This document shows, piece by piece, positions 9,527 through 17,437 of a stretch of 64,000 nucleotides of DNA (positions within the stretch are counted from its first letter, which is position 1; the number at the start of each line of letters is the position of its first letter). The translations under genes and the position numbers were made by a program. The stretch comes from a virus (Duplodnaviria; Caudoviricetes): the IMG/VR virus record IMGVR_UViG_3300001199_000006, positions 1 to 64,000 of that record, one strand, 5' to 3'. The notes beneath the pieces are model-generated. The model searched no databases. It saw nothing but the letters and a program-made list of their open reading frames with translations, and was not told the DNA's origin.

Positions 9527-11154
9527 GCGCTGGCGAGGGTCGAGTCCCAGGACGCGAACGGCAGCAAGCGTTTCCAGTCGCGCTTGCGCCACTCCTCGAC
9601 GAGCAACACCTCGTACCCCTCGGACTCGTAGTGGTCGGCGCGCGAAGCCGCGTGCGACTGGAGCATCGGGTGACAGGTCGGCACGAAGTCCACGACCCAC
9701 ACGTCCTTCGAGTCGCGGCGCATACCTCGACCGATCCGTTGCAGTGCGTTGGTCACGCTGCGCACGCCCTCGGCGAGCACGATCGCATCGACGTTCGGGA
9801 TGTCCTCGCCCTCGTCCCAGATCGTGCTCGTCAGCACGACGCGCGTGCTCCCACGCCCGTAGCTCTGCTTGGCGAGATCGCGATCCCCCTTGTCGCTGTC
9901 GCCCCACACCGCGTCGAAGTTGATCCCTGCGTTCTCGAAACGCTCGCGCAATCGCTCCCAATGCGGCTTGTAGCGGCAGAACACGAGAGGCCGACGGCCA
10001 CGCTCGACCAACCACTGCACCGAGTCCTGGACCGCGCTGTTGTGCGCGTCGTTCTCGACGATGCCGAGGCGGTAGGCGTGCCGGTACACCTCCTTGGCAT
10101 CGGGGCGCACGCGCTGCACGCTCGCGCCTGGACGCCGGGCGAGGATGCGCTCAATCGTTGCTTCGCGCGCAGCCTCGTACGCAGCCTTGGTCACGTCCTC
10201 ACCACTGACACGCGCTGACATCACCATCGCGATCTTCGGCTTGGCCGCGAGTCCCGCCGCGATCAGAGTGGACGGCTCGCACTCGTAGATGATCGGGCCC
10301 GTCGCGCCGATCATGCGTGTGTCACTCAGGTCGTCGGACTTGAGCGGCGTGGCGCTGAACCCGTACCGGCGCTTGGCGCGCGAAGCCATGAAGATGTCGT
10401 ACCAGGTCGTGCTCGAAGCGCGATGCACCTCGTCGCCGATCAGCACCTCGAAGTCGCGCACGATCCCGCGCAACAGCGGATCGGGCGGGACCATTCGCTT
10501 GACCCACCGACCACCGACGCGCTGCTTCATGCGCCGAGGTTGGAAGCCCTGCATGGTCTGGCCCGTCGCGACCACGACATCGCCCTCGACGCGTTCGCTG
10601 TCGCCCATCCATCCGACGCGCAGCTCGTCGCCGTAGTAGGACTGGAGGCGTTCAACGGTCTGGTGCATGAGCCCCTTCTTCGGCTCCAAGATCAGCGTGC
10701 GCCAGCGGAACTCCTCGAACAACGCTCGCGCGAGCGCCGCGATCATCTCGGTCTTGCCAGATCCGGTCGGAGCCTTGATGACGCCGCGTCGTGCAGCGAG
10801 CGCGGCTTGCACGGCTTCGAGCTGGTGCGGCCACATCCGCTTGAACTTGCCGACCGGGGGCAAGTAGTCCGCACCGACCCACGACCAGTCGATCGCGACC
10901 TTGGGACGCAGTCCGTGAACCGACACGTCGCGCCCGGACTCCCGCAGGTGCTCGATCACGCGCTCGGCAAGCCCGGCGGGGAATCGGTTGCCCGAGTGGA
11001 ACCGGATCAGCCCATCCCAGCGCTTCTCACGGTACGCCGCGATGCGGTGCGGGAACGGGTGCGGAACCGTCAAGCACGCTTCCAGGACATCGTTCGCGGT
11101 CGCGCACTGGAGTTCGGCGTGCGCACCACGGACGTAGATCGCCGCTCGGGCCAT
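9523..11154 (-). CDS. UvsW-like SF2 DNA helicase
   Basis: APTGSGKT, GDEVHRA, GFSATP, WDEGEDIP, QRIGRGMR. Confidence 0.9.
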   Translation of the reverse strand: MARAAIYVRGAHAELQCATANDVLEACLTVPHPFPHRIAAYREKRWDGLIRFHSGNRFPAGLAERVIEHLRESGRDVSVHGLRPKVAIDWSWVGADYLPPVGKFKRMWPHQLEAVQAALAARRGVIKAPTGSGKTEMIAALARALFEEFRWRTLILEPKKGLMHQTVERLQSYYGDELRVGWMGDSERVEGDVVVATGQTMQGFQPRRMKQRVGGRWVKRMVPPDPLLRGIVRDFEVLIGDEVHRASSTTWYDIFMASRAKRRYGFSATPLKSDDLSDTRMIGATGPIIYECEPSTLIAAGLAAKPKIAMVMSARVSGEDVTKAAYEAAREATIERILARRPGASVQRVRPDAKEVYRHAYRLGIVENDAHNSAVQDSVQWLVERGRRPLVFCRYKPHWERLRERFENAGINFDAVWGDSDKGDRDLAKQSYGRGSTRVVLTSTIWDEGEDIPNVDAIVLAEGVRSVTNALQRIGRGMRRDSKDVWVVDFVPTCHPMLQSHAASRADHYESEGYEVLLVEEWRKRDWKRLLPFASWDSTLASA

Positions 11155-11185
11155 GATTCACGAACCGCTGGTTCGAGGGTAAGGC

Positions 11186-11215
11186 CCTCCGGCCCCGACA
11201 GACCGGGGCCGGAGG
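11186..11215. other. 12-bp perfect stem-loop upstream of the UvsW-like gene
   Basis: CCTCCGGCCCCG-ACAGAC-CGGGGCCGGAGG; no U tail. Confidence 0.6.
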
Positions 11216-11430
11216 AGGTCGCGTTGGGGTGTGTTGTCGAAGGTCCCCGACGGATGAGGCCCGCTCGAACCCAACGCGACAGCGAAGAGTCTACGGTTGC
11301 GGTTGGGCCGGGTCCAGCGCGCGGAGCGGTTTCGCTCCTGGAGACTCCTGTCTCTGCTCGCGCGCTCGCGCGGGTTGGGAATACGAACGAAGTGAGTATT
11401 CCCGCTCCCGAAGGGAGCCATCCTGGTGTT

Positions 11431-11491
11431 AGTACGTAAGTACGTAAGAAGGGGCCTGCCGCCTGCTGGAAGGGGCCAGGGGCCAGGGGCC
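11431..11491. repeat. Short tandem repeats (AGTACGTA x2; AGGGGCC x3 plus one upstream copy)
   Basis: AGTACGTAAGTACGTAAG at 11431-11448; AGGGGCC at 11450 and 11471-11491. Confidence 0.8.
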
Positions 11492-11587
11492 TACTCGGGG
11501 GCGGGCGCGCGCGGGAGCTACTGACCCCCCAGGCTGTCAACCACTAGGGGTTGTGGGTGGGGGGTCCTGGAGGCACAAGTCCGGGAT

Positions 11588-11602
11588 TTGACACCGTGTC
11601 AA
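11588..11602. repeat. Palindrome TTGACAC-C-GTGTCAA, copy 2
   Basis: Contains the TGA stop of the 11599 gene; 25 bp (GGATTTGACACCGTGTCAAGCGCTG) are identical to copy 1. Confidence 0.9.
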
Positions 11603-11799
11603 GCGCTGACGCCGTAGTCGAGGTCTTCGTCGGCGCTCGAACTCGCCTTGCAGTCGCACCACAGCCCACCGTCGTGCAAGCGGCAGCACGACTCGTGTGC
11701 TTCGGGAGGTCCGAACGGCCAACGCTCCGGCGGCACGGGAGCGATCAGCTCGTCCGTCGCCATGTCGGAGTCGAGCGGACCGGTCCAGTGCGGCTTCAC
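11599..11799 (-). CDS. Small Cys-containing hypothetical protein
   Basis: GTG start overlaps the stop at 11796; SCCRLHDGGLWCDC. Confidence 0.5.
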   Translation of the reverse strand: MKPHWTGPLDSDMATDELIAPVPPERWPFGPPEAHESCCRLHDGGLWCDCKASSSADEDLDYGVSA

Positions 11800-12044
11800 A
11801 GCCCGAGCGCTTGGTTGTGCTCTCGCAGCTCGCGCGTCGTCAACGTCTTCCAACACCCGGGCGGGAGCGAGAGATCGACGAAGACCGGTAATCCGTGCAA
11901 CTGGATCGTCACGTTGGAATCGAGCGTGGTCGGGACTTCGTCGAACACCCGGACGATGTCAGGGGCGACGAACACGGCCGCAGGCACGTCTTCCAGCAAC
12001 GCACGCATCTGCCGCCCGATCTGCTCCAACGCAGGTGTAATCAC
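11796..12044 (-). CDS. Small hypothetical protein
   Basis: ORF coupled to neighbours on both sides. Confidence 0.55.
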   Translation of the reverse strand: MITPALEQIGRQMRALLEDVPAAVFVAPDIVRVFDEVPTTLDSNVTIQLHGLPVFVDLSLPPGCWKTLTTRELREHNQALGL

Positions 12045-12577
12045 GGCGCGTGCGTCCCCTCGACCCGGCGCTCCTCACGAGCACGCGTGCGAGCATGGAG
12101 CCAGTGCAGCGCTTCTTCCAAGCGCGTGATCGCGAGCGCGTTCTCCCGACATGCGAACTTGCCGCCCGAGGCAGCCTGGTAGAACTGGATGCGCTGGACA
12201 GCCGCCGCGATCACGTCCTCGACGAGCGCGCCGTTCGGTGCCTTGCGCTCCGATCCGCGTCCGAGCGGCCCATCCTGCCACCGGATCTCGATCCCCACGC
12301 CATCCACGGTCCCGCCTGCGGGGTTGCCGTCGGCGTCGAGTAGATTCGACGTCCGCAGCTTCGAGGTCTCCGGGCTTGAAGGCGTGGACGGCACCTCGCT
12401 GTGGATACTACCGAGGGAGTCGAGCGCCGCCGCGATCGCCGAGCGCTGCGCTTCGGACGTGCAGCGCTCGGCATGTCCGCCGGAGACTTCTTGCCGACAG
12501 CACACCCAGCGGGCAGGTGCCCCCTCGGTAGGTGTGAACGTCGGGACGGTGAGATTGAAGGTGTGGGTCGCGGTCAT
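12041..12577 (-). CDS. tad1: Tad1-like (Thoeris anti-defence 1) signal-sponge protein
   Basis: The C-terminal half IRWQDGP...NGALVEDVIAAAVQRIQFYQ...KFACRENALAITRLEEALHWLHARTRAREERRVEGT matches the Tad1 signature as I recall it (FQxG...G...DLL..V.DRL..FQ.GPF..RENAxALT..EEAL.W...R..DR..R.V.GT). Confidence 0.72.
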   Translation of the reverse strand: MTATHTFNLTVPTFTPTEGAPARWVCCRQEVSGGHAERCTSEAQRSAIAAALDSLGSIHSEVPSTPSSPETSKLRTSNLLDADGNPAGGTVDGVGIEIRWQDGPLGRGSERKAPNGALVEDVIAAAVQRIQFYQAASGGKFACRENALAITRLEEALHWLHARTRAREERRVEGTHAP

Positions 12578-14310
12578 GTTTCAGAGGGAGGGGCTAGGAA
12601 GTATTGACGGATGAACGCGTTGCGCGCGTCCTCGGTTTCCAGGCGAGTGAACTCGACCATCGCGCGGAGCCGCGCCACGTCTAGCGCACGCTTCGCTTCG
12701 ATGGTTGCGCGCGACAAGAACAGCTCCAGGTCCGCGCGCCACTGCAAAATCGTGATCTGGTTGCCCGTGTACGTCTGCTGGACCTCGACGATGCCTCGCC
12801 CCGTCAGCATCAGCAGGGCCTTGTCGAAGATGTGGACCGACACCCCGGCCTGCTCGCGCACGGCTTGCTTGTTGACGTGGATGTGGACCAAGCGCTCGGT
12901 CGGATGCTCCAGGGTGTAGGGCTTGACGTACCGGACCCACAACATCTCGGCCACCTTGCGTAGCTGAGGCTGCGTCAGCTCACGCAGCGAGCGCTCGAAC
13001 AGCACGGCGTCGATCACGATCGGCGTACCGGCATCGACCGGTCGCTTCTCGATCAGGGCCTTCGAGTGCATGGCGCTGAGGATCCCGCCGACCTGTGCAG
13101 GCGTCACCTTCTCGCGCATGTCCGTCGTCACAGCCTCGGCGATCGTCACGAGCGTGCGCTTGAGCACCTCGCCCGGTCCCATCATGCGGTGCAACCACTC
13201 CCACACGACGCCGTACAAGCGCCAGGGCGGGTTCTCTTCCTCGATCAGCGTGAACTGGAAGTTGATCGACCAGGCATCCACGATCAGGACCGCCACACTC
13301 GGTAGTCCGTCGCGACCCGCACGTCCGCACTGTTGCACCATCGCTTCGATCGAACCCGGGATCCCGAGGTTGATGACGGTGCGGATGTTCGGCACGTCCA
13401 CGCCCATGCCGAAGGCGATGGTGGCGCAGACAATCGGAGTCGCGCCGCTCTTGAACTCGTTCTGCACGCGCTCGCGCTCGTCCTTGTTCATGCCAGCGTG
13501 ATAGAACGCGGCCAGCCCGCCACCGCGCTCGCGCTTCACAGCCTCGACCGCCTTCTCCGCCGCGCTCCGCGTGCAGGTGTAGACGATGTGTCGGCCGCCG
13601 GGATCCAGGCCCCGCACCCACTCACCCAAGAGCCGGAAGCTCGCACCCTCGGCCGCGTCCTCGACCACGTACTTGATGTTCGGCCGGATCGGGTCCGCCA
13701 CGACCATCGCGAAGTCGGGGCGCATCCCGAGGCTGCTGCGGATGTCCTCGACCACCTTGCTCGTCGCCGTCGCGGTCAAGGCGAGGATCGGCGGGCGTTC
13801 TCCGCCCTTGCGCGTCAGCGCCTTGACCAGGCGGTTGATCCGCATGTAGTCGGGGCGGAAGTCGTGGCCGTACTCGGAACAGCAGTGCGCCTCGTCGCAG
13901 ACCACGTACGAGACCTGCGCCCGCGCGATGTCGGTCAGGAACGTCTTGGAGTTGAACCGCTCCGGGGCCACGTACAGGAGCTTGTACCGGCCCGCGATGA
14001 AGTCGGCGATCCGCTCCGCCCGCTCGTCGTCATCGACGTGCGAATTGATGTAGGTGGCGGGCACGCGACGTCGCGCGCAGTCATCGACCTGGTCCTTCAT
14101 CAGGGCGATGAGCGGCGTGATTACGATCGCACCGCCATCCTTCAACAGCGCGGGTATCTGAAAGCACGCGCTCTTGCCTGCCGAGGTTGGCAGCACGGCG
14201 ATGACGTCGTTGTCAGCCAGGGCCAACTCGATCACCGCTCGTTGCGACTTCCGGAAGTCGTCGTAGCCCCAATGCTCCTTGAGAGCTTGCCGCGCGCGTG
14301 TGATGTTCAC
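12574..14310 (-). CDS. recQ: RecQ-family helicase
   Basis: WGYDDFRKSQ, LPTSAGKSACFQIP, YVAPER, VCDEAHCCSEYGHDFRPDY, LALTATA, AFYHAGM, CATIAFGMGVDVPNIR, QQCGRAGRDG. Confidence 0.92.
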   Translation of the reverse strand: MNITRARQALKEHWGYDDFRKSQRAVIELALADNDVIAVLPTSAGKSACFQIPALLKDGGAIVITPLIALMKDQVDDCARRRVPATYINSHVDDDERAERIADFIAGRYKLLYVAPERFNSKTFLTDIARAQVSYVVCDEAHCCSEYGHDFRPDYMRINRLVKALTRKGGERPPILALTATATSKVVEDIRSSLGMRPDFAMVVADPIRPNIKYVVEDAAEGASFRLLGEWVRGLDPGGRHIVYTCTRSAAEKAVEAVKRERGGGLAAFYHAGMNKDERERVQNEFKSGATPIVCATIAFGMGVDVPNIRTVINLGIPGSIEAMVQQCGRAGRDGLPSVAVLIVDAWSINFQFTLIEEENPPWRLYGVVWEWLHRMMGPGEVLKRTLVTIAEAVTTDMREKVTPAQVGGILSAMHSKALIEKRPVDAGTPIVIDAVLFERSLRELTQPQLRKVAEMLWVRYVKPYTLEHPTERLVHIHVNKQAVREQAGVSVHIFDKALLMLTGRGIVEVQQTYTGNQITILQWRADLELFLSRATIEAKRALDVARLRAMVEFTRLETEDARNAFIRQYFLAPPSET

Positions 14311-14459
14311 GGGTCCGAGCAGTCCCGGGTGTACCCGCAGTTCAGGCAGACGAGCTTGCAGTGCCGCGCGACGAGCGAGGTCGAGCCACACACCCAGCAG
14401 CCTTCGCGCGTGTCTGCGCTGGGATCGACCCACGAAGGGTCAGGATCGTGTAGGTCCAT
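14307..14459 (-). CDS. 50-aa zinc-ribbon protein
   Basis: Below the ORF-track cutoff: MDLHDPDP...CWVCGSTSLVARHCKLVCLNCGYTRDCSDP; GTGA-coupled to recQ. Confidence 0.7.
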   Translation of the reverse strand: MDLHDPDPSWVDPSADTREGCWVCGSTSLVARHCKLVCLNCGYTRDCSDP

Positions 14460-14460
14460 T

Positions 14461-14653
14461 TCACTCACGCCGTTGCTCCTCGCGCTCGTCGAGCGCGTCC
14501 GTCACGTAGTCCATCGTGCGCCGACGCGCGCGCTCGGACAACGGCAACAGATACCCGGTCGTCAGCACGAGGGCCCCGCGTGGCGGGATCGTCCAAGGCA
14601 GCCTTGAGCGCCCTCGCTTCGGTTTCGTCGCGGACCTCGATCTCGACCTTCAT
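14461..14653 (-). pseudogene. Small gene with apparent single-base frameshift
   Basis: MKVEIEVRDETEARALKAALDDPATR continues naturally as ALVLTTGYLLPLSERARRRTMDYVTDALDEREEQRRE* only if one C of the CCCC run at 14574-14577 is removed. Confidence 0.5.
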
Positions 14654-15003
14654 TGACACGCCTCCAGCTTCGCCAGTGCTTCCAGGATCCGGGTTTGAAC
14701 ACGCTGCCGCACTCGTGCGTTGACCGGGAACGCGAGGTCCCTGAACTTGCGCTGAGGTTGCGCATTGAGCAGGGCTCCGCACGCGTTGCAGTAGTTGCTG
14801 CTGATGCGATTCACGCACGGGCAGGCGTGGCAACGCTCCGTGAACTCCTCGCACGGCATCGCCAGGAACCGTGACCCGTCAGGGCGTTCGATCACCCGGA
14901 TGCTGCGGATCACCCACTCGTCGCCGAGCGTCACCTGTCCGTAGGCTCGGACATGCGCTTCTCGCGCCGCTTGTACCAACTCGACCGCCGTGATCTCGAC
15001 CAT
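14650..15003 (-). CDS. spoVG: SpoVG-family nucleic-acid-binding protein with zinc-ribbon insertion
   Basis: MVEITAV...AYGQVTLGDEWVIRSIRVIE...FLAMP [CHAC...NYCNACG] FRDLAFPVNARVRQRVQ. Confidence 0.8.
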   Translation of the reverse strand: MVEITAVELVQAAREAHVRAYGQVTLGDEWVIRSIRVIERPDGSRFLAMPCEEFTERCHACPCVNRISSNYCNACGALLNAQPQRKFRDLAFPVNARVRQRVQTRILEALAKLEACQ

Positions 15004-15025
15004 GCTGCAACCCTCGGTGTGAGGG

Positions 15026-15241
15026 TCAAGCATGCTCGACGCGCGCACGGATGTCTAGTCTTCGCGCGGGGATTCCGAAACTCGCCGTCAGCTCAGAAAG
15101 AACTTCTGACAGGTTGACGATCAGCTCGGCGCTCACCTCGCGCGCAAGGCGTAGCTGGTACGTGAGGCTTTCGGCACAGGCGTTGAGGTCGTCCTCTGCG
15201 TGACAGCCGCCGCAGCGTCCACAGTCATGCCCCGTGCTCAT
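15026..15241 (-). CDS. Small hypothetical protein
   Basis: ORF between the Myb-like gene and spoVG; N-terminal CGRCGGCH. Confidence 0.5.
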   Translation of the reverse strand: MSTGHDCGRCGGCHAEDDLNACAESLTYQLRLAREVSAELIVNLSEVLSELTASFGIPARRLDIRARVEHA

Positions 15242-15896
15242 AGCGCCTCCTGACGTTCTCTGCTCCCATCGAGCGCAGACGTTCCTCTGATTTTTTTAGC
15301 CCTAAATGGTGGGCCTTCGACACCACGCTCTTGACGCTGCGACCGAGCATCTTGGCGATCGAGACGTTCGCGGTCCCCGCGTACTCACGCTTGAGCAGCG
15401 TCAGCTCGGACGGCGTCCAGCGCGGCATCACGGTCACCAAGCCGAGGGGTGCGAGCATGCCCTTGCTTTTGCGAAGCTGGAACCGCTGCGCGGCCTCCTC
15501 GATGTTGACCTGCGTGATGGCGAAGACGGCGATGAGGTCCGAGTCGAGTACGCTCGGGTAGCAGCGCTTGAAGTCCTCTTCGTGTTCGCGTCGGAGCGGT
15601 CCATCCAGTGCAGCGGATCGCAGTGCCTCCACGCGTCGGTCCAGCTCTTCCTGCGACACGACGAGCCGTCGTGCGATCTCCAGGCGCGATGCGCGTCGCA
15701 TCAACCCCGCGCGCACGATGGAGTCGTCCAACGCGCTCCACTCGACAGCCCGCGTGGTGAACTGCTTCACCGCTTGCCGGTGAACGCACTCGACTGTGCG
15801 TCCGATGTGGCTTGCGATCCAGGTCGCCGGGCGACGACCGTAGTAGCGCTTGAGCAGGTTGATGGTGTGCTCAGACCAACGTCCTCGTCCCGTCAT
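15225..15896 (-). CDS. Multi-repeat Myb/SANT-like helix-turn-helix DNA-binding protein
   Basis: Repeats RWSEHTINLLKRYY...IASHIGRTVECVHRQA, EWSALDDSIVR...IARRL, RWTPSELTLLKREY...IAKMLGRSVKSVVSKAHHLGLKK. Confidence 0.7.
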   Translation of the reverse strand: MTGRGRWSEHTINLLKRYYGRRPATWIASHIGRTVECVHRQAVKQFTTRAVEWSALDDSIVRAGLMRRASRLEIARRLVVSQEELDRRVEALRSAALDGPLRREHEEDFKRCYPSVLDSDLIAVFAITQVNIEEAAQRFQLRKSKGMLAPLGLVTVMPRWTPSELTLLKREYAGTANVSIAKMLGRSVKSVVSKAHHLGLKKSEERLRSMGAENVRRRYEHGA

Positions 15897-15905
15897 AGTG
15901 GGCCA

Positions 15906-15934
15906 AGGATAGGCACGAGGTCCCGCACGGACAA
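15906..15934 (-). promoter_or_regulatory. Sigma70-type promoter TTGTCC-N17-TATCCT
   Basis: The -10 element ends 9 nt before ATG 15896. Confidence 0.55.
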
Positions 15935-15960
15935 CTCGTTTAGGAGAACGCTTACCGACG

Positions 15961-16007
15961 GGGAAAAGAACGCGCCCGTCTGCGGGGGTCAGCCGCAGAC
16001 GGGCGCG
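15961..16007 (-). terminator. Intrinsic terminator
   Basis: 15-bp perfect stem CGCGCCCGTCTGCGG/CCGCAGACGGGCGCG with a 7-nt loop, followed on the minus strand by TTCTTTT. Confidence 0.85.
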
Positions 16008-16025
16008 AGAGCGAACGTCGAAAGT

Positions 16026-16655
16026 TCAGGGGGTTTCCGGCACGTTCGGCGGGAACGCCTCACGCAGCGCCTCGACCACCTGCCCGAGACGGCGAGCGGC
16101 CTCGCGCGAAGATTCACCCTCGCGCTGCTCGACCTTGGCCGTCACGGTCACGGGCTGTAGCGGTCCGTCCGTCGTACCCTCCCTGTCCGGGTCGTGCTTC
16201 CACGACACTTCGAGCACGATCCCGGTGCCGGTCAAGTAGCTGGTGGACGACGTCGGTAGCGTGAATGGTGTGCGCGGTGCGCCGAGTGACACGCCGAGCG
16301 ATTCACTGACGTTCGGCGGGTACAGCTCCATCATCGCATCCACGGCTTCCCTGAACGCCTTGGACCAATTCCTGATCGACTGGTTGGGGCGACGCTCCAG
16401 GCGCACCGTGATCTTGCGCACAGGAGAGCCGTCCTCGGCGTCCCAATCCCACGAGACTTCCATCGAGTCACCCGCAGGAGCGGCCGGAGACCAGGTCGAG
16501 CTGGACGAGCTGCCAGGCAGGCCGAAGTACGAGACGGACTGATTCCCGACCGACAGGGTCAGGCCCGCGTGCTGCTCGCTGTAGACGAGACGCTGTGCGG
16601 AAGCGTTCAGCACTCCGAGCAGGAGCGCGAGCGCCAGAAAGAGTAGACGACGCAT
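16026..16655 (-). CDS. Exported protein with two internal repeat domains
   Basis: Signal peptide MRRLLFLALALLLGVLNASA; repeats ITVRLERRPNQSIRNWSKAFREAVDAMMELYPPNV and VTVTAKVEQREGESSREAARRLGQVVEALREAFPPNV. Confidence 0.7.
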   Translation of the reverse strand: MRRLLFLALALLLGVLNASAQRLVYSEQHAGLTLSVGNQSVSYFGLPGSSSSSTWSPAAPAGDSMEVSWDWDAEDGSPVRKITVRLERRPNQSIRNWSKAFREAVDAMMELYPPNVSESLGVSLGAPRTPFTLPTSSTSYLTGTGIVLEVSWKHDPDREGTTDGPLQPVTVTAKVEQREGESSREAARRLGQVVEALREAFPPNVPETP

Positions 16656-16741
16656 GAGTGAGTCCTTTGCTTTTTCAGGGGTCAGCTTCCGGTCCCGAAG
16701 TGAGGCCGCCAAAGCTCAACGCGCCGAGGTCCCTCCGGCGC

Positions 16742-16756
16742 TTGACACGGTGTCAA
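16742..16756. repeat. Palindrome TTGACAC-G-GTGTCAA, copy 3
   Basis: Intergenic, between the DGC stop and the exported-protein start. Confidence 0.9.
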
Positions 16757-16854
16757 ACGCAACACGATCTCCGGATCTCGCCTGAGCGCGCGCATTCATC
16801 AAACCCTATCCCGGCGTGTAGAAAGCCGCAATAGGGTTTCCCCGGAAGTGCGAG

Positions 16855-17430
16855 CTAACCCGCCAGGAGCGCGTGGGAAGCCGCGTAGACGCGGTTTCGA
16901 CCTTGCCGCTTGGCCGCGTACAGCGCTTGGTCGGCACGGCGCAGCGTGTGCGCTGCCGCGCCTGGGGCCAGCTCCGCCACTCCGGCACTGATCGTCACGG
17001 CACGTCCGAGGTCAGGAATCACCGAGGCTTCCAGGCGCTCGCGCAAACGCTCCGCGACCTGCGCGGCCTCTGTCTCGGGCGCACCCGGGCACAGCACGAT
17101 GAACTCCTCACCGCCCCACCGGCACACTTCGTCGCTCGCGCGCACGCCAAGGACGAAGAGCTGCGCGGCCGACCGTAGCACTACGTCACCGACGTCGTGC
17201 CCGTGAGTGTCGTTGACCAACTTGAAGTGGTCGATGTCGAGCAGGATCACGGACGTGCGTCGATCGGCGCGCGCTTCTTGCGCGAGCCGCTCCTCGACGA
17301 AGCGCCGGTTCCACAACCCGGTCAGCGGATCGGTGCGCAACGCCCTGGAGAGCGCGATCACCTCCGACCGTAGACGATCGACTTCCAGCACGAGCTGCGT
17401 CCGCGACAGATCATCAGGCTGCATGTTCAT
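16855..17430 (-). CDS. Diguanylate cyclase (stand-alone GGDEF domain with short N-terminal coiled coil)
   Basis: TDPLTGLWNRR, LLDIDHFKLVNDTHGHDVGD, RASD (RxxD I-site)-EVC-RWGGEEF, ADQALYAAKRQGRNRV. Confidence 0.93.
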   Translation of the reverse strand: MNMQPDDLSRTQLVLEVDRLRSEVIALSRALRTDPLTGLWNRRFVEERLAQEARADRRTSVILLDIDHFKLVNDTHGHDVGDVVLRSAAQLFVLGVRASDEVCRWGGEEFIVLCPGAPETEAAQVAERLRERLEASVIPDLGRAVTISAGVAELAPGAAAHTLRRADQALYAAKRQGRNRVYAASHALLAG

Positions 17431-17437
17431 GGCTCCA

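Noticed and set aside
11158-11230. GGTTCGA T-loop-like sequence suggesting a tRNA
   Set aside because: It is a small hairpin (CGAACC-GCT-GGTTCG) with no acceptor, D or anticodon arms.
11158-11421. 87-aa minus-strand ORF before the UvsW-like gene
   Set aside because: Weak codon bias, no recognisable motif, and it overlaps hairpins and repeats. Left uncalled but not excluded.
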